Part shown: piece by piece, positions 56,606-64,000 of the stretch
Position numbering within the stretch: position 1 is the first letter of the stretch
Layout: each line of letters starts with the position of its first letter
NCBI GenBank assembly: GCA_045863335.1
Contig: BTVY01000039.1
Coordinates: 1-64,000, forward strand
Reading direction: 5' to 3'
Source of the DNA: Candidatus Hydrogenedentota bacterium
GTDB lineage: Bacteria > Hydrogenedentota > Hydrogenedentia > Hydrogenedentales > SLHB01
Length of the DNA: 64,000 nt
Position numbers and translations under genes: made by a program
The notes under the pieces: generated by a model
What the model was told of the DNA's origin: nothing
Database searches by the model: none
What the model saw: the letters and a program-made list of their open reading frames with translations, nothing else

Positions 56606-58016
56606 AGGCGTACTGCGCAACCACCGCCAACCCCGACGCCACGCTCGTGAACGTATCGCGCTGGAGCAGTTTCTCCGCGCCGAAGCGGCTGGTGAGCATG
56701 CGGCGGACCGCCGGGATGAGGCTGGTGCCCCCCGTCGTGAGGACGCAGTCGATGTCCGAGGACTGGACTCCGGCGAGTTTCTCCGCCTCGTCGATGCTGG
56801 CGAACATGTCCTCGAGGGTCGGCTCGATGATGTGGGTGAACTCCGTGCGCCCCAGCTTCTCGCTGATCTGGATGGCCTCCTTGTGGATCTCCAGGTGGGC
56901 CTCCCACTCGGTGGACAGCAGTTTCTTGGCCGCCTCCACCTTGCGGACCAGAGGATAGCCGTAGTTCCGCTGAATCAGCGTGCGCAAGGCGCGGATCGCC
57001 TCCGGCTGGGTCGAGCTGACCTCCGTGGCGATGAGCCAATTGATGATCTCTTCCGTGTTCAGCTTGTACAGGTTCTGCCAGTCGATGATGGCGTTGTAGA
57101 CATGCTGCGGCATGGGCAGCTTGGAAGGACCGTACCGGGACCGGCTGCCCAGGCAGGGAAAGACCTTGGCCCGGATGATCTCCTTATCGATGGCATCGCC
57201 CGCGATGGGCACGCCCGCGACCCCCAGAATCCGGCTCTCCGCCAGCCGTTCCGCCGCGCCGCTAGCCCCGCCGAACTCCATGATGCAAATGTCGCAAGTG
57301 CCGCCGCCGATGTCGACCACCATAAGCCGTTGCTTCCGATCCCGCTCGATGGCGTATTCCACACACGCGGCCACGGGCTCGAAAAAGAACACGACCTCCT
57401 TGAACCCCGCCAGATCGGCAGCTCGGCGTAGCCGCTCCTCCGCTACGTCGTCCTCTCCGGGACGCATGGAGAAATGAACGGGGCGTCCGAAGACCGCCCG
57501 TTCCACCGGTTCCCCGGCCGCCCGGTCTGCGGCCTCCTTGATCCGGTTCAGGATCATGGCCGTCAGCTCTTCGATCTGATAGGTCGTTCCAAAGACCTCC
57601 GTTCCTTTGAAATCCCGGAAGCGGAGCGAACTCTTGATGGACTGGAAGAGCCGGCCGGGGGAATTGACCTCGACGGTAGCCTTGGCACGTACCGCTTCGC
57701 GAAGCGTATCGCCGTCTTCTCGGGGGCGGTACCCATCCGCCTTGTCCGGTTCGGATGCCACGTACCCTTCGATGCTGATGCCGAGATCGATTTGCTGCAG
57801 GATAACCTCCCGATCGACATTCCGCTCGATGAAGGCGTTGGCCGCCGCCCTACCGATGATGGTTTCGCCATCGCTCGAGATGTAGAGCAACGACGGCAGC
57901 GATTTTGGACTGTCGTTCAGGTGGTCGACATCCAGCACCCGGATCTCATTGTTCGTGACCATGGCCACGCTCGAGTTCGAGGTACCGAAATCGACGCCAC
58001 ATGCCTTACTTGCCAT
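56604..58016 (-). CDS. Hsp70 family protein, YegD-like
   Basis: GVDFGTSNS, VFGRPVHF, FEPVAA, DIGGGT, TGGTS; no substrate-binding lid. Confidence 0.88.
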   Translation of the reverse strand: MASKACGVDFGTSNSSVAMVTNNEIRVLDVDHLNDSPKSLPSLLYISSDGETIIGRAAANAFIERNVDREVILQQIDLGISIEGYVASEPDKADGYRPREDGDTLREAVRAKATVEVNSPGRLFQSIKSSLRFRDFKGTEVFGTTYQIEELTAMILNRIKEAADRAAGEPVERAVFGRPVHFSMRPGEDDVAEERLRRAADLAGFKEVVFFFEPVAACVEYAIERDRKQRLMVVDIGGGTCDICIMEFGGASGAAERLAESRILGVAGVPIAGDAIDKEIIRAKVFPCLGSRSRYGPSKLPMPQHVYNAIIDWQNLYKLNTEEIINWLIATEVSSTQPEAIRALRTLIQRNYGYPLVRKVEAAKKLLSTEWEAHLEIHKEAIQISEKLGRTEFTHIIEPTLEDMFASIDEAEKLAGVQSSDIDCVLTTGGTSLIPAVRRMLTSRFGAEKLLQRDTFTSVASGLAVVAQYA

Positions 58017-59390
58017 TCGGAGGAATCACCCCTGCAGTGTCCCCAGAACCGGGGACGCTTCACCTACGCGACTACGGAACTGCTGGAAACAACCCGAGCG
58101 CGGCGCGCCTCTTCCACAACACCGGAAGACGCGCGCCGCGCCGGGCTGCGAGCAATAACACCACAAATTGCCCATCCATTTCTACCCTGCGTCACGGGGG
58201 CGCGAGTCGAATGGCGACGGTCAGCGACCGCCGAACTCTGTACCCGTCGATCCGCCAACGCTACATGTCGCGGAGCGGAGCCGTGGTACTCAAATTTTCA
58301 ACGCTCATACCGCCGCCGAGTCAGCCTGAAGCCAAGCGCCAGGAAATCTGGCCGTACAAAATCGTCCAACCGAGGGAATTGGCCACTCTTCTCCAGCCGA
58401 ACCATGAATGTGGCGCCCATCGACGGGTACTTTTCGCCATCCCAAGTAAGCAGCGCGCTTGCCGTCGATCCCCGACATGCCTCCGCGGTCTTCCATCACA
58501 GTGCTTGTTTTGTCCAATTCACTACGTCCAAACCTGCGCCAGAGTACTTTACAGTGGAAATGGCTCTGCATCACTGGACACTGCTCACCCGATTCTGGAC
58601 TGAGCACTCGCGTCCGGTTGGTTTGTTTGTGCGAATTAGAGCTGAATTCATGCCAAAACGAAGCAGCGAAAATTGCGTTTGCCGGTACGATTCAAATTGA
58701 AACGCACGTGCTCGGAATGTGCGGCCAAGCAGGGGTGAACGATGTGTCCGTCTACTCGCGCGCAACATGTGTTGCACGGGTTAGAACCGGAACGCGGCAT
58801 TTGGCTCCGCACATGAAATCCCCAGAAAAACAATGAGTCATCTACCCGTTTCCGCAACAGAAGGAGCCGGTTATCAGGACCGAGGATCGTCGGCCTCGAC
58901 GCTGATCGAATGGTGTAACGTTTTGCATGTGCCAAAAGACAACGACCAAATGGGGAGTCTCCCCGGCACTGGAACTTACTCGGTGTTTCGCATGAAACGC
59001 GACGAGGAAGCCCATCCTGGCCGCGATTAGCGCGCATGTTGAATACTTGAGCACGTCCAGACGGCGTTCATTTCCGACGGGCGGCCTGCGACCGCCCCAG
59101 CCGATGGCAATTTAACAATCTGGGAACCTGATTGAGCTGGATCTGGCTCTTCTCCAACTGCGACGGATGACCAAAATGCTTGACACAGCCCGCCGATCCG
59201 CGTCCCCGGTCGAGGAGCTGACGCTGGGATCGTCACGACACAACTTCTGATCTGCCGAGATTATCCGGCGTCCGCAGCGATCCGTTCGGAATTGTACTCG
59301 GAATAGCACCGCTTCGCGCGCTGTACAGATTTGGACATCCCTGATATGTCCACGGTTGAACGGCCAATCGTGGCCCAAAATGTAACCCAC

Positions 59391-59442
59391 TGATTACAGA
59401 ATGTAATCAAAGCTTGATATTTTGCCGAAACCCGAGTATTCT
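59391..59442 (+). promoter_or_regulatory. Operator palindrome plus sigma70 promoter of the HTH gene
   Basis: TGATTACA-GAA-TGTAATCA at 59391-59409; TTGATA-N17-TATTCT at 59414-59442. Confidence 0.65.
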
Positions 59443-59449
59443 CTTACCC

Positions 59450-60016
59450 ATGAAGAAGCAATCGCCTCTCCGAAACCGGGTGAAGGAGCTGCGGGCGCGG
59501 TTGGGGATACGGCAGGCCGACTTGGCGCGCGAAGTGGGCATCACCCGCCAGACGATCATTGCTATTGAGAAAGGTCGTCTCAACCCTTCCATTCTCATTT
59601 GCTTGAAGATTTCCCGGTTGCTCCGCGAGCCGGTAGACTATGTCTTCTATCTGGCCCCGGGCTGGGACGGTGAGAGCGGTGTACTGGCGGAAGAGGAACT
59701 GCAACCCGCGGCCAACACGCGCGTGCGCGTAGCGGCCAAGCCCAGGAGCAAACCAGCGACGCCACAGGGCGCCGAAGTAGCCTTTGAAGCAGACCCGGTC
59801 GAGTCGCGTGGGGCGGAGGGCGAGGCTCCGGACAGGGTCGCCCTGGATCGCGACGCCGATGCGGTCGAAGAGCCGGAAGACGAATCCAAACCCGTCGAGG
59901 AGGAAGTCGAACTCGAACCCGCTCCGGCGGTTGCTCCGGCAGCTTCCGACGAGAATTCAGACGAACCTGCCGACGACAAGGAAAAACAGGGACAGGCGAT
60001 CTGGGACTTCTTCTAA
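59450..60016 (+). CDS. XRE/Cro-family HTH regulator with long acidic disordered tail
   Basis: NRVKELR, QADLAREVGITRQTIIAIEKG..NPS; ends AIWDFF. Confidence 0.85.
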   Translation: MKKQSPLRNRVKELRARLGIRQADLAREVGITRQTIIAIEKGRLNPSILICLKISRLLREPVDYVFYLAPGWDGESGVLAEEELQPAANTRVRVAAKPRSKPATPQGAEVAFEADPVESRGAEGEAPDRVALDRDADAVEEPEDESKPVEEEVELEPAPAVAPAASDENSDEPADDKEKQGQAIWDFF

Positions 60017-60037
60017 ACCCTTCCGTGGGACTGCTGG

Positions 60038-61312
60038 CTAGCGGATGCTTCCAACCCGGGTCCACGCGTTCCGTAGAATCTCCAGCGCCTGCGCGATCTC
60101 GGACTCCGAAATAATCAGCGGTGGGCTCACACGCAACACCTTCTGAGCCAGAGGTCCCAGGAAGTGGACGCCTTTTGAGTTCGCGCCCCGGTAGGCTTCG
60201 AGCACGCAGCGGTTCGCCGCTTCCGGATCTTCCATCTCCACCCCGAAGACGAGGCCCTCGCCTCGGACGGCAGTAATGAAATCGAATTCGTCCTTCAACG
60301 CGTCCAAACCTTGGCGCAACACCGGCGCCACCTTCTGGCAATGCTCGACGATCCGCTCCCGCTCGAAGATGTCGAGGGTAGCGCAGACCGCCGCGCAAGC
60401 CCGCGGATTGCCGCTGAAGGTATCCGACGCTTCCCCGTAATTCAGCGAATCAATCAGGTCCGCCCGGCCAACGACCGCCGCCGCGGGTTCGCCGTTGGCC
60501 AATCCCTTGCCCAGCACCACCAAGTCCGGCTCCACCTCGTAACTCTCATGCGCATAGAGGTTGCCCGTCCGGCCATGGCAGGACTGGACTTCATCGAAGA
60601 TAAAGGCGACGTCATGGCGGTTACACCATTTCTGAAGCAATTGGTGATACCACTTCGGCGGATGGAAGGACCCCTTCGCGCCGAGATAGGGTTCGGTAAT
60701 CAGAAGCGCGATCTTATCCGGAAACTCGCGAGCTAGCGCGTCCAGTTCGGCTTCGTAGAAATCGGGCGTCCGCTCTTCCTCCATCGGGAAAGAGATGAAC
60801 CGCACATTCGGATTCGGACTTTTGTCCCCGGTCACATCACCGGCCAGGCCCTTCTTGCCATGAAACCCGAAGCGCGTCGCCAGCAGAATCGGCCGGTCGG
60901 GATGCTTGTGCATCGCAGCCCACATGGCCTTCTGAATGCCTTCCGAACCGCTGGCCGCCCACAGCACCTTCTCGGCGCGCGAGTTCGACTTCATGCTCGC
61001 GACCAGCCGTTCCCCCGCGGCAACTTCGATTTCGGTCACCATGTTATACGACGTGCGGGGCAGGGAGTCGGCGTACTTTGCGTACTGGGTTTCAAATCCC
61101 TCGTGCCCGTGGCCGAGATTTGCAACCAGGACGCCGGAAGTGAAATCCAGCAGTTCCTGGCCGTCGACCGTCCAAAGCCGGCAGCCCTTGGCTTTCTCAA
61201 CAACAATCTGCGTGGGCGTATACGTGCGCTGGCCAATGCCCGACACGGCGGATAGCCGCTTGCGAAGTTCGTTGGCCTTGGGTTCTCCGTCGTGGGTGAT
61301 TGAATGCTGCAT
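60038..61312 (-). CDS. Class III PLP aminotransferase
   Basis: LDFTSG..NLGHGH, SGSEG, FHG, FDEVQS..GRTG, GKGLANG. Confidence 0.92.
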   Translation of the reverse strand: MQHSITHDGEPKANELRKRLSAVSGIGQRTYTPTQIVVEKAKGCRLWTVDGQELLDFTSGVLVANLGHGHEGFETQYAKYADSLPRTSYNMVTEIEVAAGERLVASMKSNSRAEKVLWAASGSEGIQKAMWAAMHKHPDRPILLATRFGFHGKKGLAGDVTGDKSPNPNVRFISFPMEEERTPDFYEAELDALAREFPDKIALLITEPYLGAKGSFHPPKWYHQLLQKWCNRHDVAFIFDEVQSCHGRTGNLYAHESYEVEPDLVVLGKGLANGEPAAAVVGRADLIDSLNYGEASDTFSGNPRACAAVCATLDIFERERIVEHCQKVAPVLRQGLDALKDEFDFITAVRGEGLVFGVEMEDPEAANRCVLEAYRGANSKGVHFLGPLAQKVLRVSPPLIISESEIAQALEILRNAWTRVGSIR

Positions 61313-61332
61313 GGAGATTTCCTCGGTGTATG

Positions 61333-61470
61333 TATGGACGGTATGGACATTATGGACGGTATGGACGCAAGCTGATGACGCAACAAGTAAATCCCCCACG
61401 TGAGGCGCTTACCTGAATCTTAATTACTCGCGATCGTCCATAATGTCCATCCCGTCCATAACGTTCATTA
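61333..61470. repeat. Two 9-mer tandem arrays (TATGGACRN x4 / CGTCCATAA x4) in inverted orientation
   Basis: 61333-61368 and 61435-61470; the same unit occurs at 6475-6510. Confidence 0.8.
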
Positions 61471-61881
61471 AATGTAATACATGGTGCCCTTGGCGGACCG
61501 GTTCAAGATATCCCGGACGGTAATGTCGGCCAGGCAGGTTTCGATACCGCGCGCCACCTCCTGCCAGGCGATCCGCAGATCCGCGCCCCCCTCATCCTCG
61601 ACGGGAAGGGGGTCCAGAATAGGCCCGTCAATCGACTGAACCAAATCATGCAACGAGATCTCGTCGGGCGACTTCGCGAGAAGATACCCGCCCTGGGCGC
61701 CACGGATGCTCTTGACCAGTCCTGCCCGCTTGAGTTGCAGGAGTATGTGAACGAGATACTTCTCAGGAATCCCCCGACGCTCTGCGATATGGACCGCCGT
61801 AACTGGTGCTTCGCTGTTTTCGTGACGAGCCAATTCCACTACCGCACGGCATGCGTACTCACAACGTGAAGAGATATTCAT
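61468..61881 (-). CDS. Rrf2 family regulator, CymR-like
   Basis: YL.HIL..LKRAGLVKSIRGAQGGY.LA; no Fe-S cysteine triad; C-terminal MYYI. Confidence 0.88.
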   Translation of the reverse strand: MNISSRCEYACRAVVELARHENSEAPVTAVHIAERRGIPEKYLVHILLQLKRAGLVKSIRGAQGGYLLAKSPDEISLHDLVQSIDGPILDPLPVEDEGGADLRIAWQEVARGIETCLADITVRDILNRSAKGTMYYI

Positions 61882-62054
61882 GGCGTCCTTCTATTCCTGA
61901 CCTGCCAGGTATTATTTCCGAAGGACAGGGACGAAGTCAAAGACAATCGGGCCACTGCCGCGCGGTAGGGCGAACAGATAATTACTTGACGTAAAAGGCA
62001 CGAAATTTGTGATTATTGCACCTGAAAGTCCGAAACTTCCATAAAAGGTCTAAT

Positions 62055-62101
62055 ACGCAAAATTTGGTATTGACAAAAAAACGGACCACAGTATATTGTG
62101 G
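62055..62101 (+). promoter_or_regulatory. Tandem NrdR boxes overlapping a sigma70 promoter
   Basis: CCACAGTATATTGTGG at 62086-62101 and a weaker box at 62055-62070, 31 bp apart; TTGACA at 62070. Confidence 0.75.
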
Positions 62102-62401
62102 GTTTTACCGCAGAAACATCGGTTCTACCGGCTGTTCGCGTGCAAGGGGTTGAATTCTCGCAAGGCTGTTTCCGTGAGACTTCTTGGGCTCTCCTTGCTT
62201 AAATGCAGGCTGTACAAGCATTTGAATCCCGTTTTGGGTGTTCGGCGCCGCGTTTTGAAGAATCACATTCCTGACTGGGGCGGAGAGGAATGTCTTGGCG
62301 TCGGGCATAGCCCAGGCGGAATTCAACGTGCGTTACCCATTTGAGAGGGCGGATTTAGGCAGGCGGAGGGGACGCCGAGACGAGTGCAGGAGGTGCCAAG
62401 G

Positions 62402-64000
62402 GTGATCGAGGCGCAGACATCACACACCATCACGAAACGAGACGGGCGGACGGTCTCCTTTGATTCGGTTCGCATACTAAAGGCCATCGAGAAGGCGTTC
62501 AGAGCGGAACTGGCGCTGACCGATTCGGAATCCCTGGACGAAGTAACCCAGGCGCGGGTCGATGAAATCACGACCGCGGTCGTTTCGGAGTCGCTGCAAC
62601 GGGCGGCGTCCGGCGAACGGATCGAAGTGGAAGCCGTCCAGGATGCCGTCGAACGGCACCTCATGAAGCATGGCGATTACGCCGTTGCCCGCCGCTACAT
62701 CGTCTATCGCGAAGAGCGCAAGAAAGCGCGCGCCCTCCGCGGAGATACCGACATGCAGGGCTCGGCGCTCGCCGAGATGTTCGTCCACCTACCGGACGGC
62801 GCCCGCGAGAAACTCTCGGCCCAACGCATCCGCAAGAATCTCTCCGAAGCCTGCGCCGAGCACGAAAACCTCGTCGCCGTCGACCAGATGCATAGTGAGA
62901 TTCTCCAGACGCTCTACGACGGCATCACGCCGGCCGAGATTGCCAAGGCGATGATTTTCGCGGCGAAGGCGCGCATCGAACGGGACCCCGCGTACAGCTA
63001 CGTGGCGGCTCGGTTGCTGCTCAACGTGATTTACAGCGAAGTGCTCCCGGACACCGTAGAAGTCGGGTCCGTGTCGGCCGTGCACCGAAGCCACTTCAAA
63101 AACTACCTCGCCCGCGGCGTCGAACTCGAGCGCCTGAGCCCCGCACTGCTCGATTACGATCTCGAACGGCTCGCAGATGCGCTCGACATGAAGCGGGACC
63201 GCAAATTCACGTACATGGGCTTGCAGACCCTTTATGATCGCTACCTCATCCATCATCAGCGCAGGCGCATCGAGACGCCCCAGTATTTCTGGATGCGCGT
63301 TGCCATGGGTCTCGCTTTGAACGAAGGGGAGCAGAAGAACGAACGGGCCATCGAGTTCTACGATATTCTGTCCACGTTCCTGTTCACGTCTTCCACGCCC
63401 ACGCTGTTCAATGCGGGCACGCTCCATCCGCAGCTCAGTTCGTGCTACCTGTCCACCATCGACGACGACCTCGAACACATTTTCAAAGTTATCGGCGACG
63501 ACGCGCGCCTGTCCAAATGGGCGGGGGGTCTCGGCAACGACTGGACCAACGTGCGCGCTACCGGCGGCTACATCAAAGGGACCAATGGCACCAGCCAGGG
63601 CGTGATTCCTTTTTTGAAGGTGGCCAACGACACGGCGGTCGCCGTCAACCAGGGCGGGAAACGCAAAGGCGCCATGTGCGCCTACCTGGAAACCTGGCAC
63701 CTTGACATCGAGGACTTTCTCGAACTCCGCAAGAACACCGGCGACGAACGACGCCGCACACACGACATGCACACGGCCAACTGGATCCCCGACCTGTTCA
63801 TGAAACGTGTCGCCGAGGAAGGCCAGTGGACCCTGTTCAATCCGTCCGAGGTCGAAGACCTGCACCACCTCTACGGCAAGGCCTTCGAGACGCGCTACCT
63901 CGAGTACGAAGCCAAGGCCGAGCGCGGCGAACTGCGCCAGTACAAGAAGGTCGAGGCGCAAGTCCTCTGGCGAAAAATGCTGTCCATGCTCTTCGAGACG
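62402..64000 (+). CDS. nrdA: Class I ribonucleotide reductase alpha subunit with two ATP cones (runs off window end; absent from the ORF track)
   Basis: GTG after AGGAGG; [57 protein letters not shown]. Confidence 0.95.
   Translation, partial: MIEAQTSHTITKRDGRTVSFDSVRILKAIEKAFRAELALTDSESLDEVTQARVDEITTAVVSESLQRAASGERIEVEAVQDAVERHLMKHGDYAVARRYIVYREERKKARALRGDTDMQGSALAEMFVHLPDGAREKLSAQRIRKNLSEACAEHENLVAVDQMHSEILQTLYDGITPAEIAKAMIFAAKARIERDPAYSYVAARLLLNVIYSEVLPDTVEVGSVSAVHRSHFKNYLARGVELERLSPALLDYDLERLADALDMKRDRKFTYMGLQTLYDRYLIHHQRRRIETPQYFWMRVAMGLALNEGEQKNERAIEFYDILSTFLFTSSTPTLFNAGTLHPQLSSCYLSTIDDDLEHIFKVIGDDARLSKWAGGLGNDWTNVRATGGYIKGTNGTSQGVIPFLKVANDTAVAVNQGGKRKGAMCAYLETWHLDIEDFLELRKNTGDERRRTHDMHTANWIPDLFMKRVAEEGQWTLFNPSEVEDLHHLYGKAFETRYLEYEAKAERGELRQYKKVEAQVLWRKMLSMLFET

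Noticed and set aside
58260-58651. Minus-strand frame interrupted only by TGA codons (possible readthrough or selenoprotein)
   Set aside because: The translation shows no recognisable family or redox motif; TGA-only interruptions are common by chance at this GC content.
62102-62401. Cobalamin riboswitch upstream of nrdA
   Set aside because: The conserved B12-box and GCCACTG elements were not found by eye.

Overview
This is a GC-rich, gene-dense bacterial chromosomal window. The many exported glycan/phosphate hydrolases, DUF4838 and DUF2961 proteins, a type IV pilin and an ECF anti-sigma with an H-X9-DG tail suggest Candidatus Hydrogenedentota or a similar lineage (inference). It holds about 50 CDSs, including squalene synthase, two PhoD proteins, pilin, ppa, sodN, glnE, glxK, queE-queD-queF, dnaX, panE, glgC, mscL, a YegD-like Hsp70, a CymR-like Rrf2 and a truncated nrdA. 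It also holds an extended SRP RNA, several readable promoters/operators (sigma28, sigma54, ECF, NrdR boxes), REP-like palindromes and short tandem repeats. The standout signal is missed by the ORF track: a small gene at 15159-15401 with a perfect Shine-Dalgarno. Its SEC-C zinc-finger protein can only be read from that start by two, possibly three, successive +1 frameshifts, each at an in-frame UUU Phe codon followed by a pyrimidine. A second notable feature is a toxin-antitoxin pair flanked by a duplicated, codon-conserved 3' end of the upstream phoD-like gene. No CRISPR array, tRNA, rRNA, integrase or transposase was recognised. All calls are by eye; no searches were run.
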